A stretch of 43,682 nt of DNA from Flavobacteriales bacterium (lineage in GTDB: Bacteria > Bacteroidota > Bacteroidia > Flavobacteriales_F > PHOS-HE28). Position 1 is the stretch's first letter; every line of letters begins with the position of its first letter. Under the pieces are notes generated by a model. That model was not told where the DNA came from. It saw nothing but the letters and a program-made list of their open reading frames with translations, and did not search any database. The translations under genes were made by a program, and so were the position numbers. Location of the stretch: positions 1 through 43,682 of the forward strand of contig JBATND010000068.1 of NCBI GenBank assembly GCA_049290175.1. Reading direction: 5' to 3'. Shown piece by piece: positions 1 through 9,710 of the stretch.

Positions 1-2
1 AT

Positions 3-1253
3 GCCGAGGTGGCCCATACCGCCACCAGCTCCGAGATACGCTTCGCCATACCCACGCTGCAGAACAGCCGGACCTATACCTTGAAGGTGGTGGCGCGCGA
101 CGTGGTCGATGCCTCCACCATGGGCACCTCGGGCGAAGGGCCTGCTCCTTCCGGCGGCTTCAACCCGCAAACGCACGCGCAAGGCCTGCTGAACACGCAA
201 GTGCAGAACACCGGCATCGCCGTAGTTAGTAGCTCGACCACCACCATGCATGCGGGCATGGTGAACATCCGGAAGCAATCGTTGCAGGGCTACACGCTGC
301 GAGCAGACGAGAAGCTGATCTACGAGTACCAATTCCGCACCTCGCAGCACAACACGCTCTCCGCGAAAGCAGCGGCACTTGCGAACAGCGGCACCACCTA
401 CCTGACCACTACGCATGTGCCCGCCCGCGAGACCCTGGAGCCCGCCTTCACCGGAGAAGGCTTCGACACCTTCGAGGCGAAGGGCCTGATATACACGCGC
501 AACACGGGACGTGACACCATTCCGCCCATGGTGTTCCTGACAGCCGCGAACACGGACAACTGGATGGCCAACTGGGCGAAACCCGTGCTCTATGATTACT
601 ACGGGCTGATCAAGAGCTCCGGCTGCAGCGACCTGCAGATCGCGCGGACCACGAACATCGTCGGTAGCGGCCTGTTCAGTATCAGCGTCATCCGCGATAC
701 GCCTGACCACATCGGCATTCCGCCTTACCGAACGGTGCGTTTCCATCCGAACGCATTGATCTGGAATCCGCTTTCCGATAGCGAGGCCGCACCCAGCATC
801 AGCTATGGAGTGCCGGGCGCCGCCAGCGGCATCAACACGGTGGGCGACGGCTCGTCGGGCAACCAGACCATCCTTCAAGTGACCACCGGTGTGTGGACGC
901 GCGATGACTATATCCGGTTGAAGACCATCACCAACGATGTGATCCTGAATTGCGGTCCGCTGAACCCCGTGATCGACGGACAAGGCGAAGCCATGGGCGG
1001 CATTGGTGAACCGTTGCGCAGCAAGGTGCTCGCTTTCCAGAACGGGTACCGCCGCATGTACAAAGGGAACTACCGCACCACCATGCGTTTCATTCCGCCG
1101 CCAACCTGCCCGTTCAGCTATGTCGAGCAAGGCGACGAGGTCAATGCACCCGGCTCCATGGGCGATGCGGTGTACAGCCATCCGCTCGGTGCTACGCCAC
1201 CCATTCCCGGAGCCAACCCGGTACCCGGCGGTGGAGGCATCATCCAGAACTGA
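3..1253 (+). CDS. hypothetical protein, 5'-truncated by the window edge
   Basis: The frame is open from nt 3 to TGA at 1251-1253. The track's GTG at 9 is probably internal. Only 5 nt separate it from the next gene (operon-like). No motif recognised. Confidence 0.55.
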   Translation, partial: AEVAHTATSSEIRFAIPTLQNSRTYTLKVVARDVVDASTMGTSGEGPAPSGGFNPQTHAQGLLNTQVQNTGIAVVSSSTTTMHAGMVNIRKQSLQGYTLRADEKLIYEYQFRTSQHNTLSAKAAALANSGTTYLTTTHVPARETLEPAFTGEGFDTFEAKGLIYTRNTGRDTIPPMVFLTAANTDNWMANWAKPVLYDYYGLIKSSGCSDLQIARTTNIVGSGLFSISVIRDTPDHIGIPPYRTVRFHPNALIWNPLSDSEAAPSISYGVPGAASGINTVGDGSSGNQTILQVTTGVWTRDDYIRLKTITNDVILNCGPLNPVIDGQGEAMGGIGEPLRSKVLAFQNGYRRMYKGNYRTTMRFIPPPTCPFSYVEQGDEVNAPGSMGDAVYSHPLGATPPIPGANPVPGGGGIIQN

Positions 1254-1258
1254 ACACC

Positions 1259-3322
1259 ATGCGCACCAAGCTCCTTCTTCCCTTCCTCCTCGCGTGCATC
1301 ATGCAAGAGGCTTCTGGCCAAAGCATCCATGCCATCGCGCGCAACCATGCCGATTCGGTGGTGCTGCGCTGGGCCCCGGTGAGCGCCACCGCATGGGAGC
1401 GCTACGCGAAGCATGGTTATCGCGTGGAGCGCATCGCGATCACGGGCACCACCTCACGGCGCAGTGCATTCACGCGCGTGGGGCCCGATCGCATCCTTCC
1501 GCTCACGATCGAAGAACTGGCCACGCGTTTCCCGGCCAGCCATGCCGGTGCGGCGGCGCTCGCTCAACTGATGCTTGCTCCTCCGAAATCGCCGACGCCG
1601 AAACCCGGCGACATGATGGCCGCGAAGGCTTCGGCCGATGAACTCAGCATGCGCTGGAGCACGTGCTTGATGATCGCGGACCTCGATGCATCCATCGCGC
1701 AAGCGCAAGGCCTGCGCATGGTGGATCGCGATGCGCAGACGAACACGAGCTACCTGTACCGCGTGATCGTATTGGATCCCGAGCACCCGGACACCGCGCT
1801 AGTGAGCGTGGACCGCGCGCTCGGCCCTGAAGTGCCGCCCAACGGACCTGTGCTGTATGCCGATGAGAAAGAGCGGCGCGTGGCGCTGCGCTGGGAACGC
1901 GAAACCGCCAACGCCGACTTCACCGGCTTCTGGGTGGAGCGCTCCAGCGATGGCAAGAGCTGGTCGCGGCTCACCTCGGCGCCCTTCATCTCCACCGGCG
2001 GCAATGCGGAGCAACCCAATCCCTTCCACTACTTCACCGATACCACGCTCACCCGCAACTATGATCCGCATCGCTATCGCGTGATCGGCATCACGCCATT
2101 CGGCGAGCTGAGCCCCGATGCTCCGGTGATCACCGCCATGGGCCGTGACCGCACGCCGCCGCCTGCACCGACACTCTTGGGGGTGAAGGATGAGAGCGGC
2201 CGTCTCTTGGTGCATTGGGAGCAGCCCGAGAGCGCTTCCGACCTGAAGGGCTATCGCGTGGAAAAAGCCCCCTCGGCGAAGGGCGGGCACTACCCCCTGC
2301 ACAACGGCCTGCTGCCCATCACCGCGCGCAGCTTCACGGATACCAGCACCTTCCTGATGGGAGAGAACCACTACCGCGTGGCCGCCATCGATACCGCTGG
2401 CAACGTGTCGCACTCTGCAGGTGGCTACGGATTCCTCTTGGATTCCATTCCGCCCGCAGCGCCTAAGGGACTGGTGGGCACCATAGATACGAGCGGCGTG
2501 GTTACCGTGCGGTGGAAGCTGGGTCCTGAAATGGATATCCTCGGCTACCGCGTGTTCTTCGCGAATGCGGCCGATCACGAATTCAACAACCTCACGCCGG
2601 AGCCGTTCGCGGATACCGTCTTCGTGGACACGCTCCAAATGAACACGCTCACCAAGCGCATCCACTACAAGGTGGTGGCGGTGGACCGCAACTACAACCA
2701 CAGTCCGATGAGCGCGATGCTCACCCTCGCGCGGCCCGACCTTATCGCGCCCGTAGCGCCGGTGTTCAAGCACTACGTGGTGAGCGACACCGCGGTGGTG
2801 ATCGACTTCATCCCCAGCAGCAGCAAGGATGTGATGCAGCACCGCCTCTTGCGCAGGGAACAGCGCGATACCACGTGGAAAGAAGTGCTCGTGCTGCCTG
2901 CCAGCGACAAGCGCCGCACATGGACCGACCGCAACGTGAGCGGCCCGGCCTTCTACAGCTATACCATGCAGGCGATGGATAGCGCTGGCAACCGATCGAC
3001 CCGCGCGATGCCCTTGGATGTGCGCGTGCATGAGCGCTTGAAGCGCGCCGAGGCCACGCGCGTGAATGCCGTACGCATCGATGAGCGCACCGTTCAGGTC
3101 GGTTGGGCGCAGCCTTCCGGTGCGGTTCATCACTACTTGGTGCTGCGTGCGAAGGATGGCGGCGCGGCTGTGCCGATCGGATCCGCACCGGGCGGTTCAG
3201 CATCGTTCACCGATATAAGGCTCGCCGGAAAAGGCAGCTACACCTACACGGTGCAGGCGGTTTACGACGATGGCGCATCCTCCGCGGTGTCCAGCAAGAG
3301 CGCGCCGCTGGAGATGCGCTGA
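1259..3322 (+). CDS. secreted fibronectin type III (FN3) repeat protein
   Basis: Signal peptide MRTKLLLPFLLACIMQEASGQ. Recurrent ~90-100-aa modules carry FN3-like signatures (VLRWAPVS, ALRWERE..FTGFWVERS, VHWEQPESASDLKGYRVEK, VRWKLGPEMDILGYRVFF, VGWAQPSGAVHHYLVLR). Confidence 0.75.
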   Translation: MRTKLLLPFLLACIMQEASGQSIHAIARNHADSVVLRWAPVSATAWERYAKHGYRVERIAITGTTSRRSAFTRVGPDRILPLTIEELATRFPASHAGAAALAQLMLAPPKSPTPKPGDMMAAKASADELSMRWSTCLMIADLDASIAQAQGLRMVDRDAQTNTSYLYRVIVLDPEHPDTALVSVDRALGPEVPPNGPVLYADEKERRVALRWERETANADFTGFWVERSSDGKSWSRLTSAPFISTGGNAEQPNPFHYFTDTTLTRNYDPHRYRVIGITPFGELSPDAPVITAMGRDRTPPPAPTLLGVKDESGRLLVHWEQPESASDLKGYRVEKAPSAKGGHYPLHNGLLPITARSFTDTSTFLMGENHYRVAAIDTAGNVSHSAGGYGFLLDSIPPAAPKGLVGTIDTSGVVTVRWKLGPEMDILGYRVFFANAADHEFNNLTPEPFADTVFVDTLQMNTLTKRIHYKVVAVDRNYNHSPMSAMLTLARPDLIAPVAPVFKHYVVSDTAVVIDFIPSSSKDVMQHRLLRREQRDTTWKEVLVLPASDKRRTWTDRNVSGPAFYSYTMQAMDSAGNRSTRAMPLDVRVHERLKRAEATRVNAVRIDERTVQVGWAQPSGAVHHYLVLRAKDGGAAVPIGSAPGGSASFTDIRLAGKGSYTYTVQAVYDDGASSAVSSKSAPLEMR

Positions 3323-3330
3323 TCCAGCGG

Positions 3331-3350
3331 CATACTACCAACGTGGTATT
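3331..3350 (+). promoter_or_regulatory. 20-nt motif CATACTACCAACGTGGTATT, copy 1 (identical copy at 9556-9575)
   Basis: The 20-mer is perfectly identical at both sites and contains the inverted repeat TACCA-ACG-TGGTA. Both copies lie 8-12 nt after a stop codon, are preceded by CCAGC, and are followed by a GC-rich hairpin. Confidence 0.3.
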
Positions 3351-3404
3351 GATGGCCGCGAGCGAGCGGGGCTACTTCGCTCTCGCTAAACCCGCACCCT
3401 CACC

Positions 3405-3878
3405 ATGCGCCTCCTGCTCTTCCTCCTACCCCTCGCAGCACCGCTGCTTGCCCGCGCGCAAGAGGTGGTGGCCACCGGCGGCGGATACCACACCGGATCC
3501 GGCACCGCCATCTCCTACACCATCGGCGAGCCGGTGATCACCACGGTGGGAAGCACCAGCACCTCGCTCACGCAAGGCTTCCAGCAACCATGGGCCGACA
3601 TCAACACTGTCTTGGATGAACCCGCAACGGAAGGACCGGACATCACCGTGTACCCGAATCCCGTGCGCCACATCCTGCACATCGCCATGGAAGGCACGCC
3701 CGATGGGCACCACTATGTGCTGCACGATGCGGCGGGCAGGCAAGTCACCGATGGCCGCATCGGAACCACCATCACCGACCTCGACATGGAGCCCTTCGCC
3801 AGCGGCAGCTACTACCTGCGCGTGCTCGGGCCGAACGACAACAGCGTGCGCTCATTCAAAATCTCAGTCACCCACTAA
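3405..3878 (+). CDS. small secreted protein with T9SS type-A C-terminal sorting domain
   Basis: Signal peptide MRLLLFLLPLAAPLLARAQ. It has an N-terminal ISYTIGEP...LTQGFQQP motif. The C-terminal ITVYPNPVRHILHI...GSYYLRVLG...FKISVTH matches the usual T9SS CTD pattern. Confidence 0.75.
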   Translation: MRLLLFLLPLAAPLLARAQEVVATGGGYHTGSGTAISYTIGEPVITTVGSTSTSLTQGFQQPWADINTVLDEPATEGPDITVYPNPVRHILHIAMEGTPDGHHYVLHDAAGRQVTDGRIGTTITDLDMEPFASGSYYLRVLGPNDNSVRSFKISVTH

Positions 3879-3881
3879 CCC

Positions 3882-6800
3882 ATGAAAAAGCTCCTCCTCC
3901 TCGCAGCCCTCGCGCTTTCCCTTGGCGCGTTGGCCCAAGCGCCGCAGCGCATCAGCTACCAGGCCATCCTGCGCGATGCCGGTGGCGCCATCCAGCCCAA
4001 CACCAGCGCAACCCTCGGCCTCGCCGTGCTGCAGGGCAGCGCCGGGGGGCCGGTGGTGTACAACGAGAACCACGCGGTGACCACCAACGGCTTCGGTCTG
4101 GCCACCGTGCCGCTCGGCGGCGGCACGGTGGTGAGCGGCAACTTCGCCGCGATCGACTGGAGCGCGGGTCCCTACTTCGTGCGCACCAGCGTGAACGGCA
4201 CGCCGCTCGGCACTTCGCAATTGCTGAGCGTGCCGTATGCGCTCTTCGCGGAGACGAGCAACACGCCGGGGCCTGCAGGAGCGGATGGTCGTACCATTCT
4301 AAGTGGTGCTGCGAACCCAACATCAGGTATTGGCGCGAATGGCGATTTCTACATCAATACGACGACCTCTTCGCTGTTCGGGCCGAAGACCGCCGGAGCA
4401 TGGGGCGCAGGCACATCGCTGATCGGTCCTCAAGGAGATACCGGACTCAATGGCGCGGATGGTCGCACCTTGCTCAACGGTGCAGCCAACCCGACGCCCG
4501 GAATCGGTGCCGTAGGCGATTTCTACATCAACACATCCGCCAACACGCTCTTCGGGCCGAAAACAGCAGGCGGTTGGGGAACGGCTGTATCGCTCGTTGG
4601 TCCGCAGGGTATTCCGGGCGAGCCAGGCCAGCAAGGCCCTGCGGGAAGTGGTGTCAACATCCTTGGTTCGCTGGACGGCCCAGGTGATCTACCTCCAACC
4701 GGAAACGCTGGTGATGCATACCTCATCGATGGAACGCTCTACGTATGGTCGCCAACGACGAATGATTGGGAAGATGTTGGCACCATCCAGGGTCCAGCAG
4801 GTCCCGCGGGATCCAACGGACGGACGATTCTGAACGGCGCAGGCAATCCAGCGGCGGGCATTGGAGCGAACGGCGACTTCTACATCAACACCTCCAACAA
4901 CACGCTCTTCGGTCCGAAGACAGCGGGTGCTTGGGGAACGGGTGTTTCGCTGGTGGGGCCAGCGGGAGCCAACGGAACTAACGGCACCAATGGAGCGAAT
5001 GGAACCAACGGAACCAACGGCGTGGATGGTCGCACCGTGCTGAACGGAACGGGTAACCCAACCGCTGGTACGGGAGCCAACGGCGACTTCTACATCAACA
5101 CCTCCAACAACACGCTCTTCGGGCCGAAGACAGCGGGCGCTTGGGGAACGGGTGTGTCGCTGGTGGGGCCAGCGGGCGCCAACGGAACGAATGGCACCAA
5201 TGGCACGAATGGAACCAACGGCGTGGATGGCCGCACGGTGCTCAACGGAACGGGCAACCCCGCTGCCGGCACAGGAGCGAACGGCGACTTCTACATCAAC
5301 ACAACGGCGAACACGCTCTTCGGGCCGAAGACAGCGGGTGCTTGGGGAACGGGTGTTTCGCTGGTGGGGCCAGCGGGAGCCAACGGAACAAACGGCACCA
5401 ATGGCACGAATGGAACCAACGGCGTTGATGGTCGCACCGTACTGAACGGAACGGGTAACCCAACTGCTGGCATTGGCGCCAACGGTGATTTCTACATCAA
5501 CACCACGGCCAACACCCTCTTCGGGCCAAAGACAGGTGGAGCTTGGGGCGCAGGCATCTCTTTGGTTGGACCGCAGGGCACACCCGGCATACCAGGAACC
5601 AACGGCACCAATGGAACGAACGGCACCAACGGAACCAACGGCGTGGATGGTCGCACCGTGCTGAACGGAACGGGTAACCCAACCGCTGGTACGGGAGCCA
5701 ACGGCGACTTCTACATCAACACAACGGCCAACACGCTCTTCGGGCCGAAGACAGCGGGCGCTTGGGGAACGGGTGTGTCGCTGGTGGGGCCAGCGGGCGC
5801 CAACGGTACGAATGGCACCAATGGCACCAACGGAACCAACGGCGTGGATGGCCGCACCGTGCTTAACGGAACGGGCAACCCCGCTGCCGGCACAGGAGCG
5901 AACGGTGATTTCTACATCAATACAACAGCCAGCACCCTCTTCGGGCCGAAGACAGCGGGTGCTTGGGGAACGGGTGTTTCGCTGGTAGGGCCTCAAGGCA
6001 ATCCTGGCACTCCCGGCACGAATGGAACGAACGGAACCAACGGCGTTGATGGAAAGACCGTGCTGAACGGAGCTGCTGACCCAACGGCGGGTGTGGGAAC
6101 GAATGGCGACTTCTACATCAACACCACGAGCGACGTGATCTTTGGCCCCAAGACCGCCGGTGCGTGGGGCGCGGGCACTTCACTTGTTGGACCGCAAGGT
6201 CCGGCTGGTGGTGGTGGCGGATGGTCGCTCACGGGCAATACGGGCACGGTGGAAGGCACGAACTTCATTGGCACCACGGACAACATTCCACTCACCATCC
6301 GGGTGAACAACTTGATCGCCGGTCGCCTTGACCATATCCAATTCAACACTTTCCTGGGCCACATTGCAGGAAGGGACAACACCAGTGGGATCCGCAATAC
6401 AGCACTGGGTTCAGCCGCCATGCAATTCAATACGACCGGCGAATACAACACGGCGGTAGGCATGCAATCGCTTCGCGACAATACCGTTGGCGGGTTCAAT
6501 ACCGCTATCGGCTATCGGGCATTGGTAAGCAACACCACGGGTAATCTTAATGTGGCCAGTGGCTACATGGCCTTGAATTCCACCTCAACAGGAAGCAGCA
6601 ACAGTGCGCACGGCTACCAGGCACTCTTTGGCAACACCACAGGCAACAGCAACATCGCCATTGGCATACGTGCGCTCTACCAGAACGCTAACCGCAGTAA
6701 CCTCGTCGCCATTGGAGACAGCGCATTGTTCAGCAACGCGAATGGTCTTGGGCCCTTGGGACCCGAAGTATTGGAGCCCTTCGGTTACCGGAACACCGCT

Positions 6801-7640
6801 GTAGGAAGCAAGAGCCTGCGCTTCAACGTAAGCGGCTACTCCAACACTGCACTTGGACATCGCAGCCTATACTCCAACGGAACCGGCTTCAGCAACACAG
6901 CGGTCGGCGCGTTCGCACTGAATCTCTCCAGCACGAGTTATGGCAACTCCGCGGTTGGCGATAACGCGTTGGGCGGCAACACTTCCGGCAGTGAGAATTC
7001 CGCTCTCGGTCTCTGGGCCTTGAACACCAACTCCAGCGGCAGTTTCAACACTGCAGTTGGTGCTTATGCGGGCCCGAATGCGGCTACCCGAAGCAACACC
7101 ACCGCAGTGGGTTATCAGGCTAGCTGCACCCAGGGCAATCAAGTGCGGCTCGGCAATGCGGCGGTCACGAACATCTCTGGCGCGGTGGCCTTCTCACCTG
7201 CGAGCGATGCGCGTTTCAAGCGCAACGTGCAACCCGATGTGCATGGCATCGACTTCATCATGAAGCTGCGTCCGGTCACCTACAACTTCGATGTGCATAA
7301 GATGGCCGCCTTCCTAAAGGAAGACACACAGGTGGATGCCAACGGCAACCGCATCGCGCGGCAACCCGATCCTGAAATGGTGGCGGCACGTGAACGCAAA
7401 GCGGCCATTCGCTACACCGGCTTCTTGGCACAAGAGGTCGAAGCGGCAGCAAAGGAGGTCGGCTATGACTTCAGCGCTGTTGCGGTGCCTCAGGACGAAA
7501 ATGACATGTATGGCCTGGCCTACTCGGAATTCGTCGTTCCCCTCGTGAAGGCCGTGCAGGAACAACAGACCATGATCGAAGCACAGCAGAAAGAGATCAA
7601 CGAGCTGAAAGCCCTCGTGCAGCAGTTGCTGAAGCGCTGA
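3882..7640 (+). CDS. collagen-like / tail-fibre-domain surface protein with C-terminal intramolecular-chaperone (peptidase S74-like) domain
   Basis: Signal peptide MKKLLLLAALALSLGALAQ. Nine GDFYINT..LFGPKTAGAWG units plus one GDAYLIDGTLYVW variant are linked by Gly-X-Y runs (GANGTNGTNGTNGVDG). A block of NTAxGxxAL-type repeats follows. The C-terminus SDARFKRNV...KLRPVTYNF...YGLAYSEFVVPLVKAVQEQQ plus a coiled-coil tail resembles the endosialidase/tail-fibre chaperone domain. Confidence 0.85.
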   Translation: MKKLLLLAALALSLGALAQAPQRISYQAILRDAGGAIQPNTSATLGLAVLQGSAGGPVVYNENHAVTTNGFGLATVPLGGGTVVSGNFAAIDWSAGPYFVRTSVNGTPLGTSQLLSVPYALFAETSNTPGPAGADGRTILSGAANPTSGIGANGDFYINTTTSSLFGPKTAGAWGAGTSLIGPQGDTGLNGADGRTLLNGAANPTPGIGAVGDFYINTSANTLFGPKTAGGWGTAVSLVGPQGIPGEPGQQGPAGSGVNILGSLDGPGDLPPTGNAGDAYLIDGTLYVWSPTTNDWEDVGTIQGPAGPAGSNGRTILNGAGNPAAGIGANGDFYINTSNNTLFGPKTAGAWGTGVSLVGPAGANGTNGTNGANGTNGTNGVDGRTVLNGTGNPTAGTGANGDFYINTSNNTLFGPKTAGAWGTGVSLVGPAGANGTNGTNGTNGTNGVDGRTVLNGTGNPAAGTGANGDFYINTTANTLFGPKTAGAWGTGVSLVGPAGANGTNGTNGTNGTNGVDGRTVLNGTGNPTAGIGANGDFYINTTANTLFGPKTGGAWGAGISLVGPQGTPGIPGTNGTNGTNGTNGTNGVDGRTVLNGTGNPTAGTGANGDFYINTTANTLFGPKTAGAWGTGVSLVGPAGANGTNGTNGTNGTNGVDGRTVLNGTGNPAAGTGANGDFYINTTASTLFGPKTAGAWGTGVSLVGPQGNPGTPGTNGTNGTNGVDGKTVLNGAADPTAGVGTNGDFYINTTSDVIFGPKTAGAWGAGTSLVGPQGPAGGGGGWSLTGNTGTVEGTNFIGTTDNIPLTIRVNNLIAGRLDHIQFNTFLGHIAGRDNTSGIRNTALGSAAMQFNTTGEYNTAVGMQSLRDNTVGGFNTAIGYRALVSNTTGNLNVASGYMALNSTSTGSSNSAHGYQALFGNTTGNSNIAIGIRALYQNANRSNLVAIGDSALFSNANGLGPLGPEVLEPFGYRNTAVGSKSLRFNVSGYSNTALGHRSLYSNGTGFSNTAVGAFALNLSSTSYGNSAVGDNALGGNTSGSENSALGLWALNTNSSGSFNTAVGAYAGPNAATRSNTTAVGYQASCTQGNQVRLGNAAVTNISGAVAFSPASDARFKRNVQPDVHGIDFIMKLRPVTYNFDVHKMAAFLKEDTQVDANGNRIARQPDPEMVAARERKAAIRYTGFLAQEVEAAAKEVGYDFSAVAVPQDENDMYGLAYSEFVVPLVKAVQEQQTMIEAQQKEINELKALVQQLLKR
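4267..6215 (+). repeat. coding tandem repeat, ~201-210-nt period (collagen-like linker plus DFYINT unit)
   Basis: Antisense mirror ORFs recur at 4880, 5090, 5291, 5492 and 5711. The protein repeat is visible directly in the translation. Confidence 0.85.
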
Positions 7641-7654
7641 TCGACACTTCCACC

Positions 7655-7696
7655 GAACGGGCATCGAAGGTGGACATCCTCCTTCGGTGCCCGTTC
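7655..7696 (+). terminator. stem-loop downstream of the tail-fibre-like gene
   Basis: gaacgggcatcgaagg / ccttcggtgcccgttc forms a 16-bp inverted repeat with one G-U position and a 10-nt loop. It begins 15 nt after the stop and overlaps the track's GTG start at 7687. Confidence 0.5.
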
Positions 7697-7710
7697 ATCA
7701 TTCCTCCACC

Positions 7711-9543
7711 ATGCGGACCGCAGCGTTCCTTTTCCTCCTCGCATTCGCCATAGTTTCCAACGCGCAGGGCGATGCTGCACAGTTGAGGCAGGAGGTCGAT
7801 GTACATGTGTGGAGCGGTGAACAGCAGGATACCGCACAAGCAGCACGCTACGCGCAACTCACGCGTGCCTTCATCAACACAGGTGAATTGGACTCGGCCG
7901 TTATTACAGCGCAAGAAGGAATCACACTCGTTCAAGGAGTATCGGAATTTAAGGGGAATGAGCGCCCTTGGTTGCGGCAGCGCATGCAGGCGCACAAGCT
8001 TCTGGGAATCGCGGAATTCTATCGCGGGCAGTATGCGAAGTCACTGGTGGCCATGCAGGACTATCAGCGCACAGCGGCCAGGCTCGGCTCCGCAACGGAT
8101 GAAGGCGCTGCATTCAATTACATGTCGTACTGCTTCCGATCCATGCATGACAATCGGCAGGCAGAACGGCATGCGCGCGCGGCCATCCGCGTTCTGAGCA
8201 TGCTTCCTCCGGACCATGATCTCGCCAATGCATACACCGGCTTGTCCAGCGTGATGGCCGACGAGGACCGCCTCGACAGCGCGCAGCATTTCAATCGGCT
8301 GGCGATCGCCATCTATGCCACGGTGGGCAATACAGCCAACGCCACCAACACCTGGCTGAACATGGCGGACAACTGGGCCCGCATCGCAGCGTACGATTCC
8401 TGCGCCATCGCACTTGAGAAGGCCCGCAGCGGAATGGCGGAAGCGCAGCCCGATGCCTGGATGAAGTTCCATGCGCACAATGGCCGTGTTCTGTTGGCTG
8501 ATGGTGCTGTGAAGCGCGCTTGGCTCGCCTTGGACAGTGCCATGCACTTGGCGCAGGAACTCGGAAGCGCAGAGGCCGTGGCGCATGTCGGCGCGCTGCA
8601 AGCGCTCACTGCGGCAGCAGCAGGGCGCTATCGTGAGGCCATAGCGTTGCAACGCCAGGCAACGGATGCCCTGTTGGAGGACCTGGACCTCGAGAAGAAC
8701 CGCGCACTAACTGAAGCGCGGCTCACCTTCGAGCACGCGCAGGAAATCGCCGCAGCCGAGGAACGCATAGCGCAGCAACGCAAGCAGAAGAACCTTGTCC
8801 TGCTCATCGGCGCGCTGATCACGGTCCTGTCTTTGGCCTTGCTGGTGCTGGTGGTGCAAACGCGCCGTTCGCGCGCGGTCATCCGCAAGGAGCGTGATCG
8901 CAGCGATGAACTCCTGCTGAACATCCTGCCCTACGAGGTGGCGCAGGAGCTGAAGGAAAAGGGAGAGGCCGAAGCGCGCTCCATCGACGAGGCAACGATC
9001 ATCTTCTCCGACTTCATGGGCTTCACCGGCATCAGCGAATTGCTCTCGCCTCAGGAACTCGTGGAGGAGCTCAATGTTTGCTTCAAAGCCTTCGATGGCA
9101 TCATCACCGCACGTGGCATAGAGAAGATCAAGACCATCGGCGATGCCTACATGGCCGCTGGGGGATTGGCAGCACCGAGCAAAAGCGCACCCGCCGAGGT
9201 GGTTCTGGCCGCTTTGGAGATGCAGGCCTTCATGCGCGAGCGAAAGCGCATTCGCGAGGACCTGGGCAAACCGACCTTCCCCATGCGCGTGGGCATCCAT
9301 ACCGGACCGGTAGTGGCGGGCATCGTGGGGGTGAAGAAGTTCCAGTACGACCTCTGGGGCGATACCGTGAACATCGCCGCACGCATGGAGAGCAGCGGTG
9401 AAGCAGGCCAAGTGAATATCAGTGAAAGCACCTTTGCACTGGTGAGGCGTACGCCTGGATTGGTCTTCACCCCGCGCGGTAAGGTGCAGGCCAAGGGCAA
9501 GGGTGGGCTGGAAATGTTTTTCGTGCACCAAGCAGTCACCTAG
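7711..9543 (+). CDS. class III adenylate cyclase with N-terminal TPR-like sensor region and one TM helix
   Basis: ATG 7711 gives signal peptide MRTAAFLFLLAFAIVSNAQ. TM helix LVLLIGALITVLSLALLVLVV. Cyclase motifs IIFSDFMGFT, EKIKTIGDAYMAAGG, VGIHTGPVVAGIVG and FQYDLWGDTVNIAARMES. Confidence 0.85.
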   Translation: MRTAAFLFLLAFAIVSNAQGDAAQLRQEVDVHVWSGEQQDTAQAARYAQLTRAFINTGELDSAVITAQEGITLVQGVSEFKGNERPWLRQRMQAHKLLGIAEFYRGQYAKSLVAMQDYQRTAARLGSATDEGAAFNYMSYCFRSMHDNRQAERHARAAIRVLSMLPPDHDLANAYTGLSSVMADEDRLDSAQHFNRLAIAIYATVGNTANATNTWLNMADNWARIAAYDSCAIALEKARSGMAEAQPDAWMKFHAHNGRVLLADGAVKRAWLALDSAMHLAQELGSAEAVAHVGALQALTAAAAGRYREAIALQRQATDALLEDLDLEKNRALTEARLTFEHAQEIAAAEERIAQQRKQKNLVLLIGALITVLSLALLVLVVQTRRSRAVIRKERDRSDELLLNILPYEVAQELKEKGEAEARSIDEATIIFSDFMGFTGISELLSPQELVEELNVCFKAFDGIITARGIEKIKTIGDAYMAAGGLAAPSKSAPAEVVLAALEMQAFMRERKRIREDLGKPTFPMRVGIHTGPVVAGIVGVKKFQYDLWGDTVNIAARMESSGEAGQVNISESTFALVRRTPGLVFTPRGKVQAKGKGGLEMFFVHQAVT

Positions 9544-9710
9544 CAGCTCACCAGCCATACTACCAACGTGGTATTTCGGGCTTCGTTGGGCCGGCCCAAC
9601 TTCGGCCAGTGACAAGCAAGATCCTAGGCACCATGTCGGGCTCCTACGTGAACCACAACTTCGAAAACGCTCCCTTGGTCCATCCCTTTCCCGTCCCAAC
9701 CACACGCTCC

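Noticed and set aside
4689-5996. A 435-aa minus-strand ORF, plus many 60-70-aa ORFs on both strands, inside the collagen-like repeat region.
   Set aside because: These are mirror or shifted frames of the Gly-X-Y/DFYINT coding repeat. Their periodicity simply follows the sense-strand repeat.
3882-7640. A prophage, suggested by the tail-fibre/S74 domain protein.
   Set aside because: No other phage-like genes (capsid, portal, terminase, baseplate, integrase, lysis) occur within 18 kb on either side. The protein has a Sec signal peptide and its neighbours are cellular secreted proteins.
7687-7710. N-terminally extended starts given by the ORF track (7687, 9609, 11047, 14369, 17123, 18639, 26044, 31488; minus-strand ends 24619, 26134, 33806, 37072, 39836).
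   Set aside because: In each case an internal ATG immediately precedes a canonical signal peptide or lipobox, or the conserved N-terminus (asnS MELTTIKSVL). The extension either overlaps the upstream gene or a terminator hairpin, or encodes low-complexity Arg/Pro-rich sequence.
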